Shown here piece by piece: positions 1 to 9,933 of a DNA stretch of 64,000 bases. The DNA comes from a virus, in IMG/VR virus record IMGVR_UViG_3300002520_000085, positions 1-64,000 of that record; one strand, given 5' to 3'. Positions within the stretch are counted from its first letter, which is position 1, and each line of letters starts with the position of its first letter. The notes under the pieces were generated by a model. The model was not told the origin of the DNA. It saw only the letters and a list, made by a program, of their open reading frames with translations, and did not search any database. Both the position numbers and the translations under genes were made by a program.

Positions 1-776
1 ATGAATATTCCTAAGTATACAGAATCTTTTCGGAAAATTTTAATGCTTAAAAATTATTCTCAAAATACAATTCAAAATTATGTTTGTCAGATTGAGGTGT
101 TTTTAAGAAAAATGTCTGAAAATTTTACAGAACCCGCGAAAGTAAATGAAAAAAAACAACCAATACCAATAAACATGCACAATGTGCTTTGAGGTTGTTT
201 TATAAAACAATTATCCATCAACCGAATAAATTTAAGTTTATTCCGTATCCCAAAAAAGAAAAAAGCCTTCCGAGAGTAATAGACAAAGATTTTCTCATTT
301 CTCAAATTCAGAAAATTGAAAATGTGAAACATAAAGCAATTATCATGTTGGCTTTTTCTGCAGGTTTACGAGTTTCTGAGGTTTGCAATCTTTTAATTTC
401 CGATATAGACAGTAAGCAAAAACTTATTTTTATTCGGCAGGCAAAAGGAAAGAAAGACAGATTTGTACCACTTTCCGACAATGTTTTGCAAACGCTTCGT
501 GAATATTATAAAAAATACCATCCAAAAGAATATCTATTCAACGGACAGTTTGGAGGAAAATACACCCCAAGAAGTTGTAACCAAATCGTAAAAAAATATA
601 TCTCAAAAGATTGTCATTTTCATTTATTGCGGCATAGCAATGCCACCGCATTATTAGAATCTGGAACCGATTTACGAATTATACAAAGCCTTCTCGGTCA
701 CAATTCTGTAAAAACAACGCAAATATACACTCACGTTTCCGTGCAGTCTATTAGAAACATCAATACTCCAATTTGA
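1..776 (+). pseudogene. tyrosine site-specific recombinase (XerC/XerD-like phage integrase) split across two frames. SAM-like N-domain 1..192 (frame 1), catalytic domain 189..776 (frame 3, TTG start in the ORF track).
   Basis: ORF2 has the catalytic signature (GLRVSE Arg, HLLRHS, LGH, IYTHV Tyr). ORF1 resembles a core-binding domain. Frame change at ~185-192 implies a frameshift or sequencing error. Confidence 0.6.
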
Positions 777-3700
777 TTATGTCAAAAATTTCCCAAAATA
801 CCATCAACCAAATACAAGACGTAGAGCTATCTAAAGCCTTTCGTGGTTTTGTAGACCTTAAAAAATCGAGTTCTGTGTACAAAGCTCTTTCGCCTTTTAC
901 AGAAGAAAAAACACCGAGCTTTGTGGTTTCAGACGCAAAATCTATTTGGAAATGTTACGCTTCCGGAAAAGGAGGTAAGGATATTATTTCTTTCATCATG
1001 CAAAAAGAAAATCTAGATTTTCGTGCTGCAACAATGATGGCGGCGCAAGAACTTAATATCTTGGTAAGCTACGAAGAAGAAACTAAAGAAGCCAAAGAAA
1101 AGCGCGAGAAAAACGAAGTTTTACAAAGTATTGTTACCAAAGCAAACAATACTTATATCAAAAATTTTCAAAAATTACCTGCAGAACATTGGGCGAAAGT
1201 TTACATGATGCAAACCAGAGGTTTCAGCGAAGAAACGTTGGAGCATTTCGATATTGGTTTTGCTTTTGGTGATAACCGACTTACTTCGGTGATAAAAAAT
1301 GAAGGCTTACTTTCCGATGCTTTAGAATTGGGAATTGTAAAACAAAACGAGCACAACGAAGCCAATCATTACGATTTTTTCCGTGAAAGAATTGTTTTCC
1401 CAATCTACAATCAAAGAGCGTTTCCCGTTGGTTTTTCGGGAAGAAAAAGCCCTGAAAACGAAGATAAAAACATTGCAAAATATCTCAACTCTGTAGAGTC
1501 TAATATTTTCCATAAAAAAAATATTCTGTACGGGTTCAATTTAGCCAAAGAAGGCATTAAGTTTTTCCAATATGCTGTTTTGGTAGAAGGCGCTACAGAT
1601 GTAATGAGAATGCACCAAGTTGGATTCAACAACACGGTTGGTACACTTGGAACCGCGCTTTCGGTGGAACAAATTTCACTTTTAAAAAAGTACACCAACA
1701 AAGTTGTAATCTTCCGAGATAACGATAAAAATGAATCTGGACAAAAAGCCGCCAAAAGAGATATTGAAATTCTTTTGAAAAACGGTTTGATGGTTGATAT
1801 TATCGTTCCCGAACACGAAGGTGAAGATCCGGATTCTATAGGGCAAAAATTTGGTAAAGATTCAATTTCTTACATCTCTGCACTTATGCAGGATGCCGTT
1901 ATTTTTTTGGTGAAAGGTAAATATGAAGAGCTTACAAAAGATATTGAGCCAAACGCAAAAAAGAAAATCGTTCTTACACCACAGATTAAAAAAACTTTCG
2001 TTGAGTTTATCGTAAAAAATATGATGCTCTTCGAAAACCAAGTCGACAGAAATTTTTACATCAAATATATCGCAGACACCTTCAAAGGAGAGGTTTCCGA
2101 GAAAGATATTAATGATGTAATAAAAGCGGTAGAAGAGGAAGCGAAAACAAAAAAAGTAAAAACAAGTTGGGTAGACGAGTATTCTTTTGTGCTTCCGGAA
2201 TATGTTTCGGTTAAACTGGAAGATGTTTTGAAAGACATCAAAGAATACGGAATATTTCAAAGCAACAATAAAATTTTTGCAAAAAAAGGAACAAGTGAAC
2301 CATTTTATTTTGATGAAATTTCAAATTTCAGTATCGAAATTGTGCAGCACATGCAAGACGAAAAATTCCCAATGAAGTTGATAAAAGTTGCTAATGTTCA
2401 TGGGATTGAAAAAATATTCGATGTAAAATCTGATCTCATCAATACATTACAATCTTTTAAAAATGTAGTTACCGCTTTTGGAAACTTCTTCTTTTCTGGT
2501 TCTGCAGCCAATCACGAAAGTTTATTAAAATATCTTTTCGATAAAATGGGCAACGGTAGAAAAATAGATATTCTAGGTTGGCAACCAGAAGGTTTTTGGG
2601 TTTGGAATAATAAAATAATTATTCCAGGAGATTATGAAGAAGCTTTGAACAAAGAAGGGCTTTTTAAATACGATAACGAATCTTATTATATTCCGTCGGC
2701 AAACAAAAATTATGAAAAAAATATGTTTGCATTCGGACCACAAAAGAAATTTAAATCGATACCTTCAGAAATATCAGCGGCCAATTATTTCAACCAAGTT
2801 TATAAAGTACATCGTGAACATGCTATTACAGGGTTGCTTTTTGGGGTTGCTTCTTTATTTCAAGATATCGTTGTACACTACACCGGCTTTTTTCCAATCC
2901 TTTTTTATTTTGGTCCCGCTTCTACAGGTAAAGATAATTTAGCAGAAGCAATACAGTCGCTTTTAGGAGTTCCGCAAACTGCTATTCAGTTGGAAGGTGG
3001 AGCTTCAACAATTAAAGCTCAAATCCGAGAGTTTTCGCAGTTTAATAATGGTATTTCGCAACTTTCAGAATATAAAAGGGGAAATCCGCAACTTGATGGA
3101 GTTTTAAAAGGACTATGGGACAGACGAGGCTACAAACGTGGTTCTATAGAATCTAGAGTGGCAACTGATGAAATCCCGATTTTATCTTCTACCATTCTTA
3201 CAGGGAACGATTATCCAGATGCAGAAGCTTTAATAACACGCTGTTTGTGGGAAGAAATGAAAGTACAGGAATTTGACGAAAACGCAAAAATAGAGTACAA
3301 CAAACTGAAAGATATTATTAAAAAAGGAGTTTCCGGAATTTCAGATTATTTCATTAACAGAAGATCCTACTTCGAAGCTGAATTTTTAGAAATATACAGA
3401 AGTAATGTAAATCTTCTGAATGATTTAGATGCTTTCAGAGATACTACTTCAAGAATTATTTCAAACCTTAGTGTAATTCTAAGTATTTACAAGCTTTTTG
3501 AAAAAGAAAATTTCTTCCCTTTCGGGCAAAGCGAAATAATAAAACATTTTGCTGAAATGGTAGATAATCAAAAAAGAAAACTGGCATCGGCTTCACCGTT
3601 TATTAAGTTCTGGGATTGCTTCATTATGTGTATGCGTGGAAATGTAACCGACCGATTGATTGTGAATACAGACATTCGTATTGATGGTGCTACGTTGCTT

Positions 3701-4045
3701 TTCAATTTCAAAACAGCTTTTATGAAAATCCAAAGAATGTGGCTTGCTCAATATCAAGAAGCAGCACCAGATCAACGTAAAATGAAAGAGATTTTAAAAG
3801 AAGATTCTTCTTTCATTGCTGAAGGTGTAAAGGCAAGGGTTGATAAAGACGGAACGCCAACTTCGGCTTTCTCGGTAGATCTTTCTAAACTCGGTGCAAT
3901 ACATGGTGATATTATTCATCAAGTAAATGTACAGTTGAACCAAGGAACATTATTTAGTGAAAACGGAACGGTTGAAAAAGAAAGAGAAGAAGAAGAAGAA
4001 ACTCTTTTTGGTGATGATGATTTTGTGCCTTTCGCAGGCAGATAA
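773..4045 (+). CDS. phage DNA primase/helicase (degenerate CHC2 zinc-finger region, TOPRIM, P4/D5-type P-loop NTPase C-terminal domain)
   Basis: N-term EEKTPSFVVSDAKSIWKCYASGKGGKDIISFIM is zinc-finger-like. TOPRIM: VLVEGATDVMRM...VIFRDNDKNESG. Walker A: FGPASTGKDNLAE. 1090 aa, ATGA overlap with the upstream integrase. Confidence 0.8.
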   Translation: MIMSKISQNTINQIQDVELSKAFRGFVDLKKSSSVYKALSPFTEEKTPSFVVSDAKSIWKCYASGKGGKDIISFIMQKENLDFRAATMMAAQELNILVSYEEETKEAKEKREKNEVLQSIVTKANNTYIKNFQKLPAEHWAKVYMMQTRGFSEETLEHFDIGFAFGDNRLTSVIKNEGLLSDALELGIVKQNEHNEANHYDFFRERIVFPIYNQRAFPVGFSGRKSPENEDKNIAKYLNSVESNIFHKKNILYGFNLAKEGIKFFQYAVLVEGATDVMRMHQVGFNNTVGTLGTALSVEQISLLKKYTNKVVIFRDNDKNESGQKAAKRDIEILLKNGLMVDIIVPEHEGEDPDSIGQKFGKDSISYISALMQDAVIFLVKGKYEELTKDIEPNAKKKIVLTPQIKKTFVEFIVKNMMLFENQVDRNFYIKYIADTFKGEVSEKDINDVIKAVEEEAKTKKVKTSWVDEYSFVLPEYVSVKLEDVLKDIKEYGIFQSNNKIFAKKGTSEPFYFDEISNFSIEIVQHMQDEKFPMKLIKVANVHGIEKIFDVKSDLINTLQSFKNVVTAFGNFFFSGSAANHESLLKYLFDKMGNGRKIDILGWQPEGFWVWNNKIIIPGDYEEALNKEGLFKYDNESYYIPSANKNYEKNMFAFGPQKKFKSIPSEISAANYFNQVYKVHREHAITGLLFGVASLFQDIVVHYTGFFPILFYFGPASTGKDNLAEAIQSLLGVPQTAIQLEGGASTIKAQIREFSQFNNGISQLSEYKRGNPQLDGVLKGLWDRRGYKRGSIESRVATDEIPILSSTILTGNDYPDAEALITRCLWEEMKVQEFDENAKIEYNKLKDIIKKGVSGISDYFINRRSYFEAEFLEIYRSNVNLLNDLDAFRDTTSRIISNLSVILSIYKLFEKENFFPFGQSEIIKHFAEMVDNQKRKLASASPFIKFWDCFIMCMRGNVTDRLIVNTDIRIDGATLLFNFKTAFMKIQRMWLAQYQEAAPDQRKMKEILKEDSSFIAEGVKARVDKDGTPTSAFSVDLSKLGAIHGDIIHQVNVQLNQGTLFSENGTVEKEREEEEETLFGDDDFVPFAGR

Positions 4046-4094
4046 CTATTTTTTTAAGCCCTATAAGAGAAAAACTTCTGAAAACCTACTTTTT

Positions 4095-4310
4095 TTCGTC
4101 TACAATTTCTACAAGGGTTTAAAGTATTATAAATAAAGGATTTAGTATGTAGAATTTATTGTAGAAATTGTAGAAAGTTGTAGAAATATAAAACAAAGTT
4201 TCTACAAAATTCTACAAGAATGATTCTAAATAATATAAATAGAATCTTGTAAAGTGCTGTAAACAAACAGTTTTACATGTTTGTAGAAATTGTAGAAAAT
4301 GTAGAAGAAG
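4095..4310. repeat. iteron array: about 11 copies of TGTAGAA(A) in both orientations, ~9-10 bp spacing. Putative phage replication origin or regulatory site.
   Basis: Direct reading: tctacaatttctacaag, tgtagaatttattgtagaaattgtagaaagttgtagaaat, tttctacaaaattctacaag, ttgtagaaattgtagaaaatgtagaag. Non-coding, immediately 3' of the primase/helicase. Confidence 0.6.
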
Positions 4311-4344
4311 TTTTTAATACATCTGAGATAAATAACAAAAAAAA

Positions 4345-4593
4345 ATGCAAAAAAAATACTTTGAAAATGCGGAAGACTTTCAAAACTATGTGAAAGAACA
4401 TAAGCCGCAAGAAATTTGGCTCGATGATTTTTCGGAAACAAAACCTTATCTGAGTGGTTTGAAGTATTTTTTTCTGAAAAATAAAGAAATGGTAAGAGGC
4501 TCGTTTTCTTCGCAAACTTTTTATGTGAATAGTTTAGAAAACATTCATAATTCATTTGAGAAAGGAATGTATGTAAAAATAGAAACAAATTAA
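4345..4593 (+). CDS. hypothetical phage early protein (82 aa)
   Basis: ORF in the early gene block, no recognisable motif. Confidence 0.4.
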   Translation: MQKKYFENAEDFQNYVKEHKPQEIWLDDFSETKPYLSGLKYFFLKNKEMVRGSFSSQTFYVNSLENIHNSFEKGMYVKIETN

Positions 4594-4605
4594 ATTTTAA
4601 ATAAA

Positions 4606-4905
4606 ATGAAAACCAAAATCTACATCTCTGGTAAAATAACCGGTATAGAAGACAAAGCCTTCGAAATCTTCCAAAAAGCAGATGAGCATCTTCAGAGTAT
4701 GAATTTCGAAACCGTAAATCCTATGCTTCTCAAGCATAATCACGACAAAAGCTGGGAAAGCTACATGAAAGTTTGCCTGAAAGCTCTCATCGACTGCGAT
4801 AAAATATACATGCTCCTCAACTGGCGAGACAGCAAAGGCGCAATGATGGAACTGGAAGTCGCCAGAAAACTGGGCATCTCAGTAATTTTTGAAAAATATT
4901 TATAA
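4606..4905 (+). CDS. DUF4406 / nucleoside 2-deoxyribosyltransferase-like small protein
   Basis: MKTKIYISGKITGIED N-terminus and ~100 aa length typical of DUF4406, common in phages. Confidence 0.5.
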   Translation: MKTKIYISGKITGIEDKAFEIFQKADEHLQSMNFETVNPMLLKHNHDKSWESYMKVCLKALIDCDKIYMLLNWRDSKGAMMELEVARKLGISVIFEKYL

Positions 4906-5279
4906 TGTTCCCAAAACACAACATCCTTCCTCCAAAGGGAGACAACCCGATATTTAACGAGATGTATCAAAAGAAAATTGATTTTCATCCGTTGCCGTTC
5001 TGCGAGTTTTTCCAGGGGATGGATGTTTTGCAGATTTATGGCCAAGAAACGAAAGAGTACATCTATGCTTTGTATTTCAATAGTCGTTTGGTGGGCCACG
5101 TTTATCACGGAGATTTGTACTCAGAAAAACAAATTCTTCAGATAAAAGAACAGTTTTTCCCGCCAACTTGGGAAGAAATACAAAATTATGTAAATGAAAC
5201 CTCGGGCGTTTGGTACGCAAAAATGCACCAAAGCCAATACGCTTTTGTTTTCGATAGAGTTTTAAAAAAAATTGAGTGA
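4905..5279 (+). CDS. hypothetical phage protein (124 aa)
   Basis: ORF, ATGA-type overlap with neighbours. Confidence 0.45.
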   Translation: MFPKHNILPPKGDNPIFNEMYQKKIDFHPLPFCEFFQGMDVLQIYGQETKEYIYALYFNSRLVGHVYHGDLYSEKQILQIKEQFFPPTWEEIQNYVNETSGVWYAKMHQSQYAFVFDRVLKKIE

Positions 5280-5512
5280 TGAAATTATATTTTAATACAG
5301 CTTTAAAAGCATTGGAAGATAAAAATAATTTTCTTGTATGGTGGTTTCCTTGGAATGGAATGATTAGAAATAAAGATGGTGAAGAAGTTGGAGAAATATC
5401 TACTAAAATTATGGAAAAGCTTATTGATAGTGAAAAATTAACATTTATCGGTAGAGGTTCTGATTTATTAGACCATGAAAAATATTATAAACTTTTAAAA
5501 AAAATTGAGTGA
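5276..5512 (+). CDS. hypothetical phage protein (78 aa)
   Basis: ORF. Shares an identical 25-nt 3' end/junction with the previous gene. Confidence 0.4.
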   Translation: MMKLYFNTALKALEDKNNFLVWWFPWNGMIRNKDGEEVGEISTKIMEKLIDSEKLTFIGRGSDLLDHEKYYKLLKKIE

Positions 5513-5715
5513 TGAAACACCTAACAGTAAACGCAGAATACATCATTAAATCAGATTTAATTAAGATGTTAGAGGAATTTATAAAAGAATTAAAAAAGCC
5601 AGAAGAAACGGTATTATTTGAAGTTGAAAATAATATTGGAGGAAGCTTTAAAGCTGAGATTAAAACAGAAGAATTACCAGATTTAAGACAAAAAAACAAA
5701 GATGAAACAACTTGA
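5509..5715 (+). CDS. hypothetical phage protein (68 aa)
   Basis: ORF, translationally coupled. Confidence 0.4.
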   Translation: MMKHLTVNAEYIIKSDLIKMLEEFIKELKKPEETVLFEVENNIGGSFKAEIKTEELPDLRQKNKDETT

Positions 5716-6106
5716 ATTAGAATTAAAGGAAAGACTTCTTATTGTGGAAGGTGATTTTATGATTTATCATAATGGGAAACCATTAAAATACGTCTGCAAA
5801 GGTTCAGAATTAACGGAAGAAATAGCGAAAGGATTGGTTAAAAATGAAATCTCGGATTATTTGGTTGAGTGGGCTTATGATTATAAAAACGAAGAGGAAT
5901 TAAACTTAGATATTTTCAGTTGTTTAGAATCTTTCATTTCAGCGATAGAAGCACAAGGTTATTATTGGGGTGATAATCCAATTCGAGTACCAAAGCGGAC
6001 GGTTTACCAAGATGCCAATTTTAATGTAGATGAAATGGAGAAATTCAATATAGCCGAATACAGAACATTCAAACCCGAGAAAACTTTAATATTTAAAATA
6101 ATATGA
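5702..6106 (+). CDS. hypothetical phage protein (134 aa)
   Basis: ORF, overlapping starts/stops. Confidence 0.45.
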   Translation: MKQLELELKERLLIVEGDFMIYHNGKPLKYVCKGSELTEEIAKGLVKNEISDYLVEWAYDYKNEEELNLDIFSCLESFISAIEAQGYYWGDNPIRVPKRTVYQDANFNVDEMEKFNIAEYRTFKPEKTLIFKII

Positions 6107-6579
6107 AAACAAAAGAAGAACTTTTAAAAATATACTCGGCTTATTTGCCATATGGGTTGAAAGTAAAATTACATGAAAAAGATTCATTTTCAAACAAGGT
6201 TAAAGAGCTGTCAGGAATAATGGAGTTTGGATTATGTTTTTTAGGAAAAGGCGGATATTTCGGATTTACTGAAAGAAGCTTTGAAGATTTTAAACCAATC
6301 CTTTACTCAATGGATATGCTTACACAAGAAATCGAGCATAACGGCGAAAGGTTTGTTCCGATTGATAAAATAAAAGAATATAATTTAGGTCATGTAAATT
6401 GGATTTCAAACGAAAGGGAAGAATGGATTAATAGATATGGTTTTAATCACTGGTTTAAACATATCCCATTGGGAATTTACAATATTTTGTTAGAATGGCA
6501 CTTCAATATTTTCGGATTAGAAGAATCAGAATACATAAAAAAAGAAACTTTGAATTGGTCGGAAAATCCGAATAGTTAA
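6103..6579 (+). CDS. hypothetical phage protein (158 aa)
   Basis: ORF. Confidence 0.45.
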   Translation: MKTKEELLKIYSAYLPYGLKVKLHEKDSFSNKVKELSGIMEFGLCFLGKGGYFGFTERSFEDFKPILYSMDMLTQEIEHNGERFVPIDKIKEYNLGHVNWISNEREEWINRYGFNHWFKHIPLGIYNILLEWHFNIFGLEESEYIKKETLNWSENPNS

Positions 6580-6597
6580 AAATAAAAATTAGAAAAC

Positions 6598-7074
6598 ATG
6601 AAAATCACCATTCACTTACCTGTAACTCCCGCAATTAAAAAGTATCTCGATGTGCGGGTTGGTCCCAATTACAAAGTCGGTTCTGAAGACTGGTTTGGCG
6701 GTATTATTATTTCTGTTTTAGAAAATAAAAATAGCAATAAACATTACACGCTAAAAAACCACCGAGAAGAATCGGCAACCAAAGAATTTTCTTTTTTAAT
6801 GAGCCTTTCGTGTAGCGAGAAAAACGGAATTCTGATTCTTCCAAAACACGAAGTAATAATCAATAACATTATTGAAGATGCATTTCGTAGAGATATGTAT
6901 GTAAATGCCATCATCAACAAGAATCAATACAATATAGACTACAATACTACATTTCTTAACACCTTAGAATTCTACGATATTACAGATGAAGAAATGACTT
7001 TAGACGCCATTAAGAGAGATTTCAGCAGGAAAAAAGAAAGTATTGAAAAAAGAATGTTTCTACTGCCAAAATAA
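6598..7074 (+). CDS. hypothetical phage protein (158 aa)
   Basis: ORF. Confidence 0.45.
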   Translation: MKITIHLPVTPAIKKYLDVRVGPNYKVGSEDWFGGIIISVLENKNSNKHYTLKNHREESATKEFSFLMSLSCSEKNGILILPKHEVIINNIIEDAFRRDMYVNAIINKNQYNIDYNTTFLNTLEFYDITDEEMTLDAIKRDFSRKKESIEKRMFLLPK

Positions 7075-7108
7075 ACAATAAATATTTTTTCATTTTAAAG
7101 ACCGAAAA

Positions 7109-7609
7109 ATGCAAAATTTTACAAACCTACCCGAAAATTTCTTCCGAGAATTGAAAGGGATTTTAGTTTTCGACAAATCGAAAATTTCTTATCTCGACCA
7201 ACTCAAAGGAAAATTCCCCAATCCGGAAGAAGCACTTTACAAATATTGCGTACTTCCTGCCGATGTTTCAAGAGAAATTCCTACCGACATCAATTCGGGG
7301 AACGTCTCTTATGGAACCGATATTTCTATAAATCTTGTAGATTTAACCGTTCAAAACCGTGAAGATTGGTACGAACAGCTTAATAAATTCAACAAATTTG
7401 CTGTAATTCTTATTTCCAATACCGAAATGACCATGCTCGGAAATAACGATTTTCCGTTAAGCATTACGGTAAACGACAGCATTAAAGACGATGCTTCCGG
7501 AAGCGACACCTTCGTGATGCGCATCTACGGCGACAACGTAATTGCGCCAAAAGTGTACAAAATAATTCCAAAATTTAAAGTCCTTTTCTTTATTCCGCCT
7601 ATCCTATAG
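7109..7609 (+). CDS. hypothetical phage protein (166 aa)
   Basis: ORF. Confidence 0.45.
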   Translation: MQNFTNLPENFFRELKGILVFDKSKISYLDQLKGKFPNPEEALYKYCVLPADVSREIPTDINSGNVSYGTDISINLVDLTVQNREDWYEQLNKFNKFAVILISNTEMTMLGNNDFPLSITVNDSIKDDASGSDTFVMRIYGDNVIAPKVYKIIPKFKVLFFIPPIL

Positions 7610-7631
7610 TTTTGTCCGTGAAATCAATACG

Positions 7632-8450
7632 ATGAACGGAATTAACAACTATTTCAACGAGCCAATGATGATAGATCAGCCATTTTTAATGTCTGTTTTG
7701 TCATCATTGGTTCTTGGTTTTAAGTCAAATAGTTTTTTAAGACAGCAGGATATCAACAGAGAATTCAAAGAAGATATCAATCTTCAGATTTCTTCGATGG
7801 TAAATCGTGGTGCTTCTCAATTTCCTATTCAGATCAATATTGTAGGTCCCGTAATCAAATATTCAGACTGGTACTACACAGGAACTCAAACTATTCTTAA
7901 CATTCTTAAGCAGGTTGAAATGGATGACCGTATTTCTGGTGTTCTTTTCAATATTGATTCCGGCGGAGGAATGGGAGACGGAACCCGTGAACTGGCTAAT
8001 TTCATTCACAATATGGAAACGCCTTCCGTAGGTTATTCGAATGGTTTAGTTTGTTCGGCAGCTGAATATATTTTTGCCGCTTGCAACTACAGAACGCTGA
8101 ATCCTGATGCGAGTTACATCGGTTCTATCGGAACTTATTTTCCTTTTGCAAATTACCAGGGAATTTTCGAAAAACTTGGTGCCGAATTTAAAGACATCTA
8201 TGCTGAAGATTCATCTTTGAAAAATCTGTACTACCGAGAAATGGTAGAAAATAAAAACGACGCAATTTTTAAAGAAATGGCGGCGAATTTCAACAATGAA
8301 TTTGTAAGCGACATCAAAAAGTTTTACGGAACGAATTTGAAAGACGATGGTAAAGTTTTCAAAGGTCACATTTACAGACCGCAGGAAGCTTTGCAAATTG
8401 GTCTTGTTGATGAGCTGTGTAGTATTGAAGAAGCTATATTAAAATTTTAA
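7632..8450 (+). CDS. S49-family (SppA/ClpP-like) serine peptidase, putative prohead maturation protease
   Basis: FNIDSGGGMGDG...SNGLVCSAAEYIF resembles the S49/ClpP fold signature. Position ahead of the capsid-like gene. Confidence 0.6.
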   Translation: MNGINNYFNEPMMIDQPFLMSVLSSLVLGFKSNSFLRQQDINREFKEDINLQISSMVNRGASQFPIQINIVGPVIKYSDWYYTGTQTILNILKQVEMDDRISGVLFNIDSGGGMGDGTRELANFIHNMETPSVGYSNGLVCSAAEYIFAACNYRTLNPDASYIGSIGTYFPFANYQGIFEKLGAEFKDIYAEDSSLKNLYYREMVENKNDAIFKEMAANFNNEFVSDIKKFYGTNLKDDGKVFKGHIYRPQEALQIGLVDELCSIEEAILKF

Positions 8451-8453
8451 AAT

Positions 8454-8900
8454 ATGAAATACCCAAAATTAACTGCTCTTCTCGGTTTGGCAACTTTGGC
8501 GTTTCACTCAAGTGTTTGGGCGAAAAACCACGTAAGGCTTACCGAAGAAGAATGTCAAAAACTTGAGGATCATTTGGAAGCACAACCGGAAAACAACACC
8601 GAAGAGCTTACAAATCTTCAGACAAAATTTGATACGCTGCAGGAAAAGTACAATGCCCTTGAAGGCTCAAACAGTACTTTATCTACAGCCATCACAACCG
8701 CTTTAGAATTGAACGGCCTTACCGCCGAAACCGAAAATGCCACACCTGAAGAGGCTGTCGCTTTACTCGGTACAAAATGCAAGGAATATGGAAGTTCTGA
8801 AAACAGACACGCATTTCCTAAGAATGATGGGAAAGAAAAACCTGAAAACGGTCTTATCAACAACGTTGTTGATATGAATGATGCTCACAACAAAATTTAA
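8454..8900 (+). CDS. secreted/lipoprotein-like phage protein with signal peptide
   Basis: N-term MKYPKLTALLGLATLAFHSSVWA signal peptide. Confidence 0.45.
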   Translation: MKYPKLTALLGLATLAFHSSVWAKNHVRLTEEECQKLEDHLEAQPENNTEELTNLQTKFDTLQEKYNALEGSNSTLSTAITTALELNGLTAETENATPEEAVALLGTKCKEYGSSENRHAFPKNDGKEKPENGLINNVVDMNDAHNKI

Positions 8901-8906
8901 TAAACA

Positions 8907-9926
8907 ATGTCTGACAATTTAGATATCACAGCAATTGCGAACGAGATTGTTCGCTATGGTAAACAAAATCCTTTAGAATTGCAAGGTACAGTTCTATCTC
9001 CGGAGATTGTTGTAAACAAATTAAATCCTAAACCTTTATCGAAGGTAAAAGGAAAATGGACTTTCCCGTTGCTTTTAGTGGGCCACGTTATTCAGGCATT
9101 TTCTGATAAATGGACGCCGTACGGAATGGCGCAATTTCAGGCGAAAATTGCGAAAAACTTCCACCAAAAAGTAAACTTCCCGGTAAACCCTTACGATGCG
9201 TATGGTTCTTGGATTGAAGAAATGTATGAAGAAGAAAAAACGCCTGCTGAAATGCCGATTTCTAAGTACATCATGAATACCGTACTTCCGCCTGTAATTA
9301 TCAGCGATTTAAGTATTCTTTCCGTTACTGGGGAATACGATGCTACAGATGTAGGTTCGCCAACACCAACTTTTGGAAAATCGATGGATGGGCTTAATAA
9401 GATTGTAACCGATATGGTTGCAAACACTACGCATCCTGTTTTCAAAATTCCTACCGATGCAGCCGATAATATCGTAGATAGAGTAACGGCTTTTGAAAAA
9501 GGTCTTCCACAACATGTAAAAGTTGATTTCATCGTAGTTTCTATGAAAGAATTCACAGACTATGTTGAATTAAGAGAAACGCCAACAGATAAGTTTATCG
9601 ACTTCAATGATCCGCAAAGAGGGAAAACTAAATTCGGTAGAACGATTATCGGTATTCCTGGAAGAACCGATAACCAAATCTTAGCTTGGGTTTCTGGTAA
9701 CTTCTACAGAATTTACGACAGAAAAGACAATCCTGCAGTAATTGATATGGTACAAGTACAGGATTACATCATGAAGATCTTCTCTCAATTCCATTTAGGG
9801 TACGATTTTGCAGTAAATGAGCTTGTTTATGTAGAAACACAAGATGCAGACGATGAGAGAGGTTTGAATAACGCAGAGAAGAATGCTATGTTCTATCCGC
9901 ATGAAAACCTAAATGTAACACCATAA
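8907..9926 (+). CDS. putative major capsid protein (339 aa)
   Basis: Size and position after the S49 protease; no diagnostic motif. Confidence 0.4.
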   Translation: MSDNLDITAIANEIVRYGKQNPLELQGTVLSPEIVVNKLNPKPLSKVKGKWTFPLLLVGHVIQAFSDKWTPYGMAQFQAKIAKNFHQKVNFPVNPYDAYGSWIEEMYEEEKTPAEMPISKYIMNTVLPPVIISDLSILSVTGEYDATDVGSPTPTFGKSMDGLNKIVTDMVANTTHPVFKIPTDAADNIVDRVTAFEKGLPQHVKVDFIVVSMKEFTDYVELRETPTDKFIDFNDPQRGKTKFGRTIIGIPGRTDNQILAWVSGNFYRIYDRKDNPAVIDMVQVQDYIMKIFSQFHLGYDFAVNELVYVETQDADDERGLNNAEKNAMFYPHENLNVTP

Positions 9927-9933
9927 TTTTATC

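Noticed and set aside
1281-2260. Several antisense ORFs (60-130 aa) inside the primase-helicase gene
   Set aside because: Embedded in a long, well-supported + strand gene. Low-complexity translations typical of AT-rich antisense frames.
4095-4310. Possible CRISPR array
   Set aside because: Repeat units are only 7-8 bp, occur in both orientations and have no regular unique spacers. This is the iteron/origin architecture, not CRISPR. The same holds for 54340-54600.
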